Shown: in pieces, positions 9,253-18,965 of the stretch
Numbering within the stretch: the stretch's first letter is position 1
How the letters are laid out: each line of letters begins with the position of its first letter
DNA from: an uncultured virus (IMG/VR IMGVR_UViG_3300050821_012144)
Taxonomy: Duplodnaviria; Heunggongvirae; Uroviricota; Caudoviricetes
Length of the DNA stretch: 64,000 nucleotides
IMG/VR virus record: IMGVR_UViG_3300050821_012144
Strand: one strand, 5' to 3'
Position numbers and translations under genes: made by a program
The notes under the pieces: model-generated
Seen by the model: the letters and a program-made list of their open reading frames with translations, nothing else
What the model was told of the DNA's origin: nothing
Database searches by the model: none

Positions 9253-10179
9253 ATGAAGAAGCAAGCGACCCTGGGTGACGCCGACGGGCAGTTCGGCGAA
9301 ACCGATTTTTTCGGACTCGATGAGTTCGGCCTACCAACCTCACGTGAGGCTCACGGTGCCCTTATCGGCGCTGGCGTTGGTGCCATTGGCACCATCGCTG
9401 TCCAGAAGTACAGTGCTCCGGGCAGCAAGCTGCGTCGGTACGCTGAAGGCGTTGGCATGATTGCTGGCGTAGCGGTCGGTGGCGCCATGATGCTCAAGGA
9501 GTCGACTAAGTCGATGGGCTATGCGGCTGCGATGACAGCGCTGGTCGCTAACGGACTTCGTCAAGTCAATAACATGCTTTTCCCGCAGAAGTATGCCGTT
9601 GCTGACCTTCAGAATATGATGGCTTATGCAACGTCGGCTGGTGGTGGATATGTTGACCCGCTCAACTATGCTGCACCTGCTTACGCAGCACCAATGCCAG
9701 TAACGGTTGCCCCAGCGTACACCGCTCCGGCACCGGCACCGGCTGGATACACCACTCAGGCTGCATTGCCGGCTGCTACTGGCGCAAGCGCAAGCGCGGG
9801 TACAGCGTCGAGCACGACTTCGACCGGTACCAACCAGACCGTGACCACGACTTCTCCAGCAACTTCGGGTTGGGGCGGCACCGTGATCAACCCAGCGTAC
9901 CGCGCTGGTCGTGGCGGCTTTGGTATCCACGCGATCGAGCCTGGCTACAATGTTCCAGGTGGCGGCTTCGGCACCCCAGTGATCCAAAAGGCATTCCCTG
10001 TTGCGTCTCCTGGATTCGGCGCTGCAATGAAGCGTAGCGGTCCCCCAACGTTGGTTGGCGCTGGTGACTACGGCCTCGGCCGTAATCCAGGTGTGAGCCA
10101 GCTTGGTCGTCTTGGTGGCCCAGCCATCAGTGCGATGGGCGCTCACTTCGGTAGCACCCTATTTGGAGCCAATGGTTAA
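9253..10179 (+). CDS. Candidate major membrane/scaffold protein with many FG/LG motifs
   Basis: Purine-rich RBS, biased codons, three hydrophobic helices, over 12 hydrophobic-Gly motifs at both ends; directly upstream of the putative MCP. Confidence 0.7.
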   Translation: MKKQATLGDADGQFGETDFFGLDEFGLPTSREAHGALIGAGVGAIGTIAVQKYSAPGSKLRRYAEGVGMIAGVAVGGAMMLKESTKSMGYAAAMTALVANGLRQVNNMLFPQKYAVADLQNMMAYATSAGGGYVDPLNYAAPAYAAPMPVTVAPAYTAPAPAPAGYTTQAALPAATGASASAGTASSTTSTGTNQTVTTTSPATSGWGGTVINPAYRAGRGGFGIHAIEPGYNVPGGGFGTPVIQKAFPVASPGFGAAMKRSGPPTLVGAGDYGLGRNPGVSQLGRLGGPAISAMGAHFGSTLFGANG

Positions 10180-10286
10180 TCGTTAAATGAATATCTGCAG
10201 TGATTAATTCTAATCGCTGCAGTAATCAAACTAGGTCGCGTTGAGCGGCTGAGACTCAAAACAAGTCAAGGAAAAGGAAAAAGACA

Positions 10287-11042
10287 ATGGGAGCAGTAGG
10301 CGTAGCACCATCAACCACAACCCTCACCCTGCCGGACGGTTCCACGATCGCCCTGGCAGACTGGATCGACGACAAGCTTTACGGTTGCGTCCAGTTCACC
10401 AACGGCCAGACCACGCCTCTCCAGGCGTACAGCTCGGGTCGTAGCCAGTCGATTCCTGGCGGTACTCGTGTACAGACTCGCGTTGATACGAACATCCCGC
10501 GTAACGGCGACTCCGGTCTCCCCAAGGACTGGGAAATGCTAGTTTACGGCTGGGGTATCCAGATCGTTCGCATCATGCGTGGTCCTGACACCTCGAACAC
10601 AGCCCCAACCTTGGTCGACTCGTTCGCGACCGGTTTGACTGCGCCTCTCGTCACCAACGGTCAGGTGACTCCGTGGGCACTGTCTGACCCGCCGCTGTTG
10701 GCCACCCTGTTCCAGATGGACCGTGTTGTATTCTTCCAGTATGAATACAATGCCAAGTTCTACACCCAGGGCGTCCTTCAGGACTTCCCCCAGGGACACG
10801 GCTACTATGTTGGTTCGACCAACACGTCGTTCGAGTACGCGCAGCTTGGTCTGCCATCGCCGCGTGACCGCGTAGCCCTCGTGCTACCTGTACACGAACG
10901 TGAAAATCTCGGGTATACCGGCACTTTCCAGCCTGAGGCCGCTGTAAAGATCATCCAGGCAGCATCAGATGGTTCGACCGCACTCAACTTCGCTGACGTA
11001 AAATTGTACAAGTACGGATTGATTAAGCGCACGGTTGTCTAA
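10287..11042 (+). CDS. Putative major capsid protein, jelly-roll type
   Basis: Strong RBS, marked C-ending codon bias, followed by a terminator, beta-rich 251 aa with DTN..NG..GLP...MLVYGWGI; fold is inferred. Confidence 0.55.
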   Translation: MGAVGVAPSTTTLTLPDGSTIALADWIDDKLYGCVQFTNGQTTPLQAYSSGRSQSIPGGTRVQTRVDTNIPRNGDSGLPKDWEMLVYGWGIQIVRIMRGPDTSNTAPTLVDSFATGLTAPLVTNGQVTPWALSDPPLLATLFQMDRVVFFQYEYNAKFYTQGVLQDFPQGHGYYVGSTNTSFEYAQLGLPSPRDRVALVLPVHERENLGYTGTFQPEAAVKIIQAASDGSTALNFADVKLYKYGLIKRTVV

Positions 11043-11066
11043 GTAATTTCATATACTTGGACCAAG

Positions 11067-11096
11067 CGGCCACGTAGTACACGTGGCCGTTTTATT
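11067..11096 (+). terminator. Rho-independent terminator after the putative MCP
   Basis: CGGCCACGT-agtac-ACGTGGCCG then TTTTATT. Confidence 0.8.
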
Positions 11097-11168
11097 GCCT
11101 GGATTGCATAAATACGACCTGATTTTAATACTTGCTTTGCTGAACGCTATCAAGTATGAATACGGGTA

Positions 11169-12332
11169 TTGCGCGCAACCAAATTTTCATCACAACCTGA
11201 CTTGGACCCTGACCCCAGCCTGAGTTTACGAAAGCTAATTGGCTGTGAATTCGTTCGGCTTACTGTCAAGGGGGTAGCTTTGAACCGGAATGAATACGGT
11301 CAAGCTAAATTAGTCTGCCAATGTAGTTGCCCAGAAGGAGGATATGTCCTTGTCATGCCTTCTAGCCTACGCAGTGGTGCAACCACATCGTGCGGTTGTA
11401 TACATTCCGAGATGGTGTGTGCGAAGAATGAATTAAACGCTAAACACGGTCACGCAAAGAACGGTACCACTACCCCAGAATACAAAGCCTGGCAGGCTAT
11501 GCTGAATCGTTGCTATAGGGTCAAAGATGCACGCTACAAATGGTATGGCGCTAAGGGCGTCATAGTATGTGATCGTTGGCGAAATAGCTTTGAGGCTTTT
11601 ATCGAGGATATAGGACTTAGACCGTCTAAGTTGCACTCTTTAGATCGATTCCCTAATCCTGCAGGAAATTACGAACCTGGAAATGTTCGTTGGGCGACTT
11701 CAAAGGAACAAGGTAGAAATCTTCGTGATACGGTCAGATATGCTTTTCACGACGAAAATCTAACCATAGGTGAGATATCCGAACGGACTGGGGTGCCTCA
11801 ACAGCGAATCTACCAACGAATAACCAAGTATAATTGGACGGCCGAACAAGCTGTTTTGCCTCGCAGTTCGGCACCTGTTACCCGTGAGCTAGTCTATAAA
11901 CGGTGGTATCAAATGGTCAGCCGTTGCACTGATCCTAGCCATGACCGCTATGCTGATTATGGTGGTAGAGGCATCAAGGTGCACACAGCCTGGATGGATT
12001 TCGATCGTTTTATCGCTGATGTTGGAATGCCAGCATCCCGCGATCTGACTTTCGATCGATTCCCTAACAATGATGGGCACTATGAACCGGGCAATTTTAG
12101 GTGGGCTACCTATCAGGAGCAGAATACGAATCGGCGAAATACTAAATTTTTCACGTTAGAAGGGGAGACAAAGACCCTAAATGAATGGGCTGAACTTGCT
12201 GGAATTGACTACAGTCGTGTGAAGAGTCGAATGCATAACGGATGGTCATTAGATGAAGCTCTCGGAACTCCAATCGGGAACATGGGCCGTGCACCTAAGG
12301 ATACACGTCGGAAGTGGACAGAGCATAAATGA
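11169..12332 (+). CDS. HNH-type homing endonuclease with two tandem nuclease modules
   Basis: Two copies of W..M..RC...YG..G..V...W..F..F..D.G...DR.PN..G.YEPGN.RWAT..EQ..N. Confidence 0.8.
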   Translation: MRATKFSSQPDLDPDPSLSLRKLIGCEFVRLTVKGVALNRNEYGQAKLVCQCSCPEGGYVLVMPSSLRSGATTSCGCIHSEMVCAKNELNAKHGHAKNGTTTPEYKAWQAMLNRCYRVKDARYKWYGAKGVIVCDRWRNSFEAFIEDIGLRPSKLHSLDRFPNPAGNYEPGNVRWATSKEQGRNLRDTVRYAFHDENLTIGEISERTGVPQQRIYQRITKYNWTAEQAVLPRSSAPVTRELVYKRWYQMVSRCTDPSHDRYADYGGRGIKVHTAWMDFDRFIADVGMPASRDLTFDRFPNNDGHYEPGNFRWATYQEQNTNRRNTKFFTLEGETKTLNEWAELAGIDYSRVKSRMHNGWSLDEALGTPIGNMGRAPKDTRRKWTEHK

Positions 12333-13519
12333 ATCGTAGATATCTAAGTCACAACGTTTATGAAGCAGCTAAGGAGCGGATCAGTCTTATTTTTGATAGA
12401 TTTGAGGCTATCTATGTTGGATTCAGTGGAGGCAAGGACAGCGCCGTACTTCTTCATCTAGTAGCAGAAGAAGCTAAACTACGACAACGTAAATTTGGGG
12501 TGTTGTTTATTGACTGGGAAGCGCAATTCAACAGAACAATAACGTTCGTATCCGACATGTTTAAACGGTACGCTGAAAATATAATCCCGTATTGGGTAGC
12601 GTTACCACTGCGTACTACTAATGCGTGTAGCATGATTGCGCCCGAATGGACCTGTTGGGATCCTGATAAGCAGCTTGCTTGGGTCAGATCTCTACCAGAA
12701 CAGGCAAATAAAGAAAAGCTCCCATTCTACCACCACAACATGACATTCGAAGAGTTTGTAGTCGAATTTGGTAATTGGTACGCGAGAGATACGCCTGCAA
12801 TAGGACTGCTCGGATTACGTACGTCAGAGAGCCTTAACCGTTGGCGTGCGATAACCCAAGAAAAAGCAATGCTAGATGACTTGCGATGGACAACGTATTA
12901 TGGAAAAGGTAGCTACGCTGCGTATCCAATATACGACTGGCAAGTAAATGATATTTGGGGGTACCTTGCCAAAGGAAAGCCCTATAACACGATATACGAC
13001 TTGATGTTCAAGGCAGGGCTAAAGGTCTCACAAATGCGTGTTTGCGAGCCGTATGGAGACGAACAACGGCGCGGACTCTGGCTCTATCAGATCCTTGAGC
13101 CTGCCACTTGGGGTGCTGTAGCAGCCCGTGTAGCAGGCGCTAATAGCGCCTCTTTGTACTGTAAAGAGAAGGGGAACATTCTAGGTAACCGGGCAATTAC
13201 TAAACCTCCAGGACACACGTGGGAGTCCTTTACCAAGTTCCTGTTGAGTACTATTCCACGTACTACAGCTGAACACTATAGGAACAAGTTTAGCGTATGG
13301 AGAAAATGGTATGAGAATCATGGGCAAGTAATCGCGGACGAACTGCCAGGAGATACTGGATCTACTGATATGCCGTCTTGGCGCAGACTGTGCCGTGTGC
13401 TGTTGAAGAACGACTACTGGTGTCGATCTCTATCGTTTGCTCCTATGAAGACAAGCGCATACGAAAGATACAAGCAGCTTATGGCTAAGCGTCGAGCGGC
13501 TTGGAAGATGGAGTGGTGA
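12329..13519 (+). CDS. ibrA: PAPS-reductase-family protein, IbrA/YbdN-like (DUF3440)
   Basis: FSGGKDS PP-loop, IDWEAQ, GLRTSESLNR, YPIYDW, MRVCEPYG, PSWRRLC...LKNDYWC. Confidence 0.85.
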   Translation: MNRRYLSHNVYEAAKERISLIFDRFEAIYVGFSGGKDSAVLLHLVAEEAKLRQRKFGVLFIDWEAQFNRTITFVSDMFKRYAENIIPYWVALPLRTTNACSMIAPEWTCWDPDKQLAWVRSLPEQANKEKLPFYHHNMTFEEFVVEFGNWYARDTPAIGLLGLRTSESLNRWRAITQEKAMLDDLRWTTYYGKGSYAAYPIYDWQVNDIWGYLAKGKPYNTIYDLMFKAGLKVSQMRVCEPYGDEQRRGLWLYQILEPATWGAVAARVAGANSASLYCKEKGNILGNRAITKPPGHTWESFTKFLLSTIPRTTAEHYRNKFSVWRKWYENHGQVIADELPGDTGSTDMPSWRRLCRVLLKNDYWCRSLSFAPMKTSAYERYKQLMAKRRAAWKMEW

Positions 13520-13520
13520 T

Positions 13521-14144
13521 ATGGACGAATTGATTAAAGCTATGTTAGCAAAGCTAGAGACGCTGTCACTAGAAGAACGTATTGAAGCGATAAACCAAAT
13601 TCGGATAGCTGTCCATGGAATAAGCCCATTTAGGAATGAGCCTGTGGATTGCGTTCTGTGGATGAAACAGGATACAGTAGTAGCTAATGACTACAATCCA
13701 AACGCTGTAGCACCGCCCGAAATGACGCTCTTGGAGCACTCCATTCGTGAAGACGGCTATACACAGCCGATTGTGGCTTGGGAGCATGAAGATGAATTCG
13801 AAGTTGTGGATGGATTCCACAGAAACCGTGTAGGACGAGAGGTAACGGACATATCAGATCGCGTCCACGGTTATCTGCCTGTTGTAGTGATCAATCAAAA
13901 TCGTGACAAGCGAACGGACCGTATGGCTGCAACCGTACGGCATAATCGGGCACGAGGGAAACATCACGTTGAAGCGATGAGCGATATAGTCCAAGAACTA
14001 ACGCGGTCCAACTGGAGCAATGAAAGAATCGGTAAAGAGTTGGGTATGGAACCAGACGAGGTGCTGCGGCTCAAACAGGTCACCGGACTCGCTGAAATGT
14101 TCAAGGACCATGAATTTTCCAAAGCGTGGGAACCGGAAGATTGA
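13521..14144 (+). CDS. ibrB: ParB/sulfiredoxin-like protein, IbrB/YbdM-like
   Basis: ANDYNPNAVAPPEM, DGYTQPIV, VVDGFHR, TVRHNRARGKH; adjacent to the ibrA-like gene. Confidence 0.85.
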   Translation: MDELIKAMLAKLETLSLEERIEAINQIRIAVHGISPFRNEPVDCVLWMKQDTVVANDYNPNAVAPPEMTLLEHSIREDGYTQPIVAWEHEDEFEVVDGFHRNRVGREVTDISDRVHGYLPVVVINQNRDKRTDRMAATVRHNRARGKHHVEAMSDIVQELTRSNWSNERIGKELGMEPDEVLRLKQVTGLAEMFKDHEFSKAWEPED

Positions 14145-14153
14145 CCTTCTCTA

Positions 14154-14996
14154 ATGGCAAGAGCAACGGATGGCCTAACAGCGGCAGAACGGTTTTTTAG
14201 CAAGATCGTAATCGACAAGGGTTGTGAAATATTTCCGTGGAGCGTCTATAAAGGCATAGGACGCTTCAACCTACGTGTCGATGATCCAGAGCTACTTGTA
14301 TTTGGGAATAAGGGTGTAAACGCGCCTTTGTTCGCTTGGTACTTGAAGACTGGCCATAGGGTTAAGACACTTTGGCATACATGCAATAATAGTCTGTGTG
14401 TTAAGCCTTCACATTTATTCGCGCCAGAGACACCGCAGGATTTCTTCCTATGGCACGTAACCAAATTAGCGCCAGACTGTAATCCATGGCCGAAAGGGTG
14501 TTTCAATTGGACTGCCGGGACCAGTTCAACCGGCTATGGTAGCTGGTGGTTTCCGACGCGATTCGAAAATCCGTGGGGGATAGCCAGTGATGCAGCTCAC
14601 CGTTGGGCGTATCGCCTATTTGTAGGACCAATCCCTGAAGGTATGCAGGTGCTTCACGGTTGTGATAATCGCTTGTGCGTCAACACTGAAGATCCTGCAA
14701 ATCATTTACATCTAGGAACGCAGCAACAAAATATTCTGGAGATGCAGGAACGTGGGCGTGCTAGATACGCTAGGGCTGAGCGTATTGCTTGCAGTCAATT
14801 TACAAATGAACAGGCGCGGTTGATACGACAATTGAACGGACGAGGTGTTTCACCAGAAGATATTGCGACGCTCATGAACGCGGATCTTGCTGCAATTCAG
14901 CGTGTCAGACTTAATAGAACGTATATGGTTTACGATGCTTTTGACGACAACAATCGTCCCGACAATATCCTTATAGCTACAGTTGTTGTACACTAA
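14154..14996 (+). CDS. HNH endonuclease with a degenerate upstream copy
   Basis: AHRWAY...GPIPEGMQVLHGCDNRLCVN...HLHLGT..QN; earlier HTCNNSLCVKPSHL. Confidence 0.8.
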   Translation: MARATDGLTAAERFFSKIVIDKGCEIFPWSVYKGIGRFNLRVDDPELLVFGNKGVNAPLFAWYLKTGHRVKTLWHTCNNSLCVKPSHLFAPETPQDFFLWHVTKLAPDCNPWPKGCFNWTAGTSSTGYGSWWFPTRFENPWGIASDAAHRWAYRLFVGPIPEGMQVLHGCDNRLCVNTEDPANHLHLGTQQQNILEMQERGRARYARAERIACSQFTNEQARLIRQLNGRGVSPEDIATLMNADLAAIQRVRLNRTYMVYDAFDDNNRPDNILIATVVVH

Positions 14997-15002
14997 ACGT
15001 GT

Positions 15003-15587
15003 ATGGCCTTTTCTGATGATGCCTTCGGCCGCCTTGCTCTAACTGACTACAAGAAATTTGTTCCTGTAGTCGCCCAAGCTTATTTGGCCCGGCCGCTGTT
15101 TGAGGAAGACGCGACACCGTCTTGGTTGGCGCTTCAAGCCAGCACCGACCGGCTATTTCGTCAGATGTCGCGTAAGGTCAATGTTATATTTACGTCTAAA
15201 GATCCATACCCAGATTTTGAGACGATGAAGCATGACATCGAGACGAACCACAAAATGCTAGTCTGGACAGGTGCCAGCGATCACCAGGTCTGGACGCCCA
15301 AAGAGAATCACCGATTTCGTGCTGTACACGATTACATGATTCACTTGGCCGGCGGGCATCCGTTTACCCTACGCGGTGAAATGGGCGCCTACAATCGACA
15401 CGTCAAGCTTGCACCACCAGTGGCGCGATTAGCTTTGTTCGTTGAGATAGTCGCTCAGACATGTACTTTCTTGTATCTCGACAATCAGTTCGGCGAGCAG
15501 AAAGTCTGCGAGCTATACGGTTTTGATTTCGTGAACGTAGGGCTGTGGGATGAAGACTACTACGGGCTCAATTTCGATGATCAATAA
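15003..15587 (+). CDS. Hypothetical protein with NHRFRAVHD...H motif and N-terminal DAFG tag
   Basis: 194 aa; His/Asp/Glu cluster suggests metal binding; TACACT 8 nt before ATG. Confidence 0.6.
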   Translation: MAFSDDAFGRLALTDYKKFVPVVAQAYLARPLFEEDATPSWLALQASTDRLFRQMSRKVNVIFTSKDPYPDFETMKHDIETNHKMLVWTGASDHQVWTPKENHRFRAVHDYMIHLAGGHPFTLRGEMGAYNRHVKLAPPVARLALFVEIVAQTCTFLYLDNQFGEQKVCELYGFDFVNVGLWDEDYYGLNFDDQ

Positions 15588-15820
15588 TAGTTCCCGAATC
15601 CTGCACACGGTCGACTAACCAACTGTTGCTGGCCGTTTGGCAGTGTCACTACGTATTGACACATTTGCGTCTCATCAGAAACAATTAACACATCAGGGCC
15701 CTCATCAATCCACCCTGGATAGGATCCGCCATGACCGTGTCCGCCACCACCATGATGACCGCCACCGCCGTGTCCTCCACCGTGGCCAAAACTACCGCTG
15801 AGCATCGTTATAGCAAGCAT
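15581..15820 (-). CDS. Small Gly/His-rich protein with SFG and GFG tags
   Basis: TGgTAAACT 7 nt before ATG; ends CAGFG-NYY. Confidence 0.6.
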   Translation of the reverse strand: MLAITMLSGSFGHGGGHGGGGHHGGGGHGHGGSYPGWIDEGPDVLIVSDETQMCQYVVTLPNGQQQLVSRPCAGFGNYY

Positions 15821-15869
15821 ATTAGACAGTTTACCACGTATAAGGTGATACCTATGGTACTCTTTAGCT

Positions 15870-17072
15870 ATGCCTGCGCAGCTAAAGAATATTGTTAACT
15901 TCGTAGGTATCGCAACTGGTAGTACTGCATCACTCCCACACGGGCTTCAGGATCAGTTTGGGCGGCCATTGGTGCCAGATTCGTTGATTACTAGTATTGG
16001 TAATTCGGCCACATTGTCGGCTGACGCATTTAACGTAACCGCTACAAACACCACCAGTACCTCGCTCACTGTAGCTGTACTATGTGAGAGTTGGCACTCT
16101 TTCGAACGCGCATTCGGGGGCGTACAGAATAAGAAGTTGGCTACGCAGCCTTTTGTTGGGGCGCAAAGTTTCCCTTTATCAGGCGTAGTCTCATCGATTG
16201 CATACGGTGATGGACATAATGGTGTTGCTGTGTTCAATGGTATTAACACCTTTCCATTTGCTACTTTATTAGGGAGTACATATACCCTGAATAAAGACAT
16301 TTTTCTTGCTGGGGGTAGTTCTATATCGGGCGGGATAACTGTCAATGCTGCAGGGTTTAGAGGTTTCGTCAATGGCCTTTTTACCAACAATGGCTTGTTA
16401 TTATGCAGCAGTAACAATGCTATCGGTGCGACCGGAGGGCTAGCAACGGCAACAGGTACTTATGGCTTCGGTGTTGCTGGCGGTAATGGACATACTGGTG
16501 TGGGGGCAGGGGCAAATGGAACCAATGTTTCTTCATCAGCAACGCTTCAAGATGCCTCGGCAACAGGTGGTGCAGGAGGGCAAGCTGACGGATCGCATTT
16601 GGGAGGTAATGGTGGCACATACCCTACGACTGTGAATAACGGCGGTGCTAGTTATCTAATTCCAATCTTAACAGGTTTCTTATTCGGTCTTCAGATTCCT
16701 AGTGGACAGCCTCAAGTATTTACGATTGGCGGTGGTGCAGGAGGCGGTGGTGGGGGGTCTAACAATGCAGGGGTAAATGGTGGAGGTGGAGGTAGCGGAG
16801 GCGGTGTCCTTATCTGGCACGCTGCCGTATTTATTAACAATGGCACAGTAGAGGCACTAGGCGGTAATGGCGCTGCAGCATCGGGTACTGGTGGAGATGG
16901 CGGTGGCGGCGGCGGTGGAGGAGGAGGTACTATCCTCAGCCTCGCATCCGTGCGTAGCGGTAGCGGACTGTTTCTCGTAACTGGGGGTTCAGGCGGTGCA
17001 GGTATAGGCGCAGGTGCTGCAGGATCGCCTGGGGCTATTGGGGACGCAAACGTATTTCTGTCACCTGTGTAA
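15870..17072 (+). CDS. Spike/fibre protein: shared N-terminal adaptor plus Gly-rich domain
   Basis: LKN...LPH.L...ESWH adaptor shared with 17766, 23261 and 38568; poly-Gly C-terminal half. Confidence 0.7.
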   Translation: MPAQLKNIVNFVGIATGSTASLPHGLQDQFGRPLVPDSLITSIGNSATLSADAFNVTATNTTSTSLTVAVLCESWHSFERAFGGVQNKKLATQPFVGAQSFPLSGVVSSIAYGDGHNGVAVFNGINTFPFATLLGSTYTLNKDIFLAGGSSISGGITVNAAGFRGFVNGLFTNNGLLLCSSNNAIGATGGLATATGTYGFGVAGGNGHTGVGAGANGTNVSSSATLQDASATGGAGGQADGSHLGGNGGTYPTTVNNGGASYLIPILTGFLFGLQIPSGQPQVFTIGGGAGGGGGGSNNAGVNGGGGGSGGGVLIWHAAVFINNGTVEALGGNGAAASGTGGDGGGGGGGGGGTILSLASVRSGSGLFLVTGGSGGAGIGAGAAGSPGAIGDANVFLSPV

Positions 17073-17091
17073 GTGCTATAATACCTTGATT

Positions 17092-17271
17092 ATGATCAAG
17101 CGATGCATATGGACCTTAGCCAAAGGTCAGGTTGGCAAACGTAAGTTCGACGGTTGTTTCTCGACCCGTGCTGAAGCGGAACGCGCAGCTAGCGCTGGCT
17201 GGGTACCTGTAGTAGTACCTCCACCAGGAGTGCCTTTACAATCTCGTAGGCGACGTAAGAGGCGGAAATAA
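17092..17271 (+). CDS. Small basic protein ending RRRRKRRK
   Basis: TGcTATAAT 9 nt before ATG 17092. Confidence 0.6.
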   Translation: MIKRCIWTLAKGQVGKRKFDGCFSTRAEAERAASAGWVPVVVPPPGVPLQSRRRRKRRK

Positions 17272-17303
17272 GCTAAGCGTCTAGAACGTTATCATTTCAA
17301 CAA

Positions 17304-17714
17304 ATGCTGCCAACGATCCTATTTCTTGACGATAGCGAACCGCGTCACAAAGCCTTCAAGGAACGTGTTCAAGCTGCTGGGTATCTATCTAGGTTCCAAA
17401 TAGTGTATGCATACACCGCGAAGTATGCGATTGAGACGCTGGATAAGTACCAAGACAATATCTGTCAGGCATTTCTAGACCATGATCTAGACGAAGCTGA
17501 TACCTTGTGTAAAGTAGGTGCTAAGACGAAAGCGCCGACTGGTATGACTGTCGTTGATCACATCGTCAAGATGCAACGTCCGCCAAGAGCTGTCATTGTT
17601 CATTCGCTGAATTATGTTGCAGCATTGGAAATGTGCACACGACTAAAGAGTGTCCCTAGCAGCTTCGATGTTTTTCGGATACCGTTCCATGAACTACTAA
17701 ACAAGTTTATGTAG
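17304..17714 (+). CDS. Stand-alone receiver-like domain (cyclic-phosphate-processing receiver type)
   Basis: ILFLDD, FLDHDL, TG..V, VIVHSLN motifs. Confidence 0.65.
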   Translation: MLPTILFLDDSEPRHKAFKERVQAAGYLSRFQIVYAYTAKYAIETLDKYQDNICQAFLDHDLDEADTLCKVGAKTKAPTGMTVVDHIVKMQRPPRAVIVHSLNYVAALEMCTRLKSVPSSFDVFRIPFHELLNKFM

Positions 17715-17724
17715 AATGTATACC

Positions 17725-17740
17725 GATCGCTGTAGCGATC
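17725..17740. promoter_or_regulatory. 16-bp palindrome GATCGC-TGTA-GCGATC
   Basis: Exact motif 4 nt before TGtTATTCT. Confidence 0.8.
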
Positions 17741-17765
17741 AGTATGTTATTCTAATAGGGTAGCT

Positions 17766-18911
17766 ATGACTATCCTGAAGAATACGTTGGCGTTCACTGG
17801 GCTATTGGTTGGATTTCCCCAGTCCCTGCCGCACCTTATCAATGTCAACGGTAAGCCAACACAACCCAAGATTGTATTGGCTGATACGGGCGGATTTACA
17901 ATTACTGCCGATGTCAACTTCGTCACGGTAACCCGAAATGTAAACGGTGCCAGCTCCGTAAATGTCTACGTTGAATTCTGGCACACGATCGAGGCTGCAC
18001 TACCACCTCCGTTTAACCGTAACGCTACTGGATTCACCCAATTTCTTCTCCAGGGCGGTGCAAGCGATCTAACGAATGCATTAGGCGGTGTTGCTGCAGG
18101 AACACAGACAGCAACGTCCGGGACGGTAGTCTTCTCTAATAGCAACGGCCTCACGTTCGGCATGTCTAACTCCAGTATCGTCACTGGTAGCTACTCACAA
18201 TCTACAGCACCGGGTGGTATCGCTGCAGGTACACAGACGGGGACATCCGGGACGATAGTCTTCTCGAATAGCAACAACGTAACGTTCGGCTTGAGCAACT
18301 CCAGTGTGGTTACGGCGTCAGCCTCGGTCGCACCAGTGCAAATAGCCGTCCTAAGTGAAGGCGTAAACTTTCGCGGTTCCTGGTCAATCAGCAACGCCGC
18401 ATTGACGGTACAGAAAATGTCTGTGCCTATTTCTATTTCAGCCTCGCAGGCTGTGTTCTATATCTCGATGACAGACAATACCAGTATATCGTCTAACGCC
18501 TTGACGCTGAGTATGGGCATCTACACCTTCAATGCTTCAACGGCCAGCCTAGCCAGCTCAGGGTCACGTTTGTTCACCTGGAATACAGGTACAGTGTTTA
18601 GTTCGCTCAGCGGTGCACAGTTACGTACAATGCCAATAACAGCTAACTTAACACCAGGCGACTACCTGTTTGGCTTTCACATGAGGACACAAAATTCTAA
18701 CAACAGTGGGACTTTCGTAGCGATCGGCCAACCTTGGCTAGTTGCGCCCGCTGCTAATGCCGATGGATTTACTAGCCAATGGCAAGATGGCATCTTGAAT
18801 GCAACCTTCTCTACAGCTATGCCTGCATCGATTGCAGCTTCAGACGCGAACTATGTTCGGCCAGGTGGCGGGTCGTTGATGCCGGGGTGGTACCTGTACA
18901 GTACGATCTGA
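17766..18911 (+). CDS. Spike/fibre protein: adaptor, shaft repeats, head domain
   Basis: Adaptor; two AAGTQT.TSGT.VFSNSN..TFG repeats; LTPGDYLF head. Confidence 0.75.
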   Translation: MTILKNTLAFTGLLVGFPQSLPHLINVNGKPTQPKIVLADTGGFTITADVNFVTVTRNVNGASSVNVYVEFWHTIEAALPPPFNRNATGFTQFLLQGGASDLTNALGGVAAGTQTATSGTVVFSNSNGLTFGMSNSSIVTGSYSQSTAPGGIAAGTQTGTSGTIVFSNSNNVTFGLSNSSVVTASASVAPVQIAVLSEGVNFRGSWSISNAALTVQKMSVPISISASQAVFYISMTDNTSISSNALTLSMGIYTFNASTASLASSGSRLFTWNTGTVFSSLSGAQLRTMPITANLTPGDYLFGFHMRTQNSNNSGTFVAIGQPWLVAPAANADGFTSQWQDGILNATFSTAMPASIAASDANYVRPGGGSLMPGWYLYSTI

Positions 18912-18965
18912 TTCTAATTGACTCTTGACAAGTATGGCAGGCTATGCCCAAATAGCTTTTACGTC

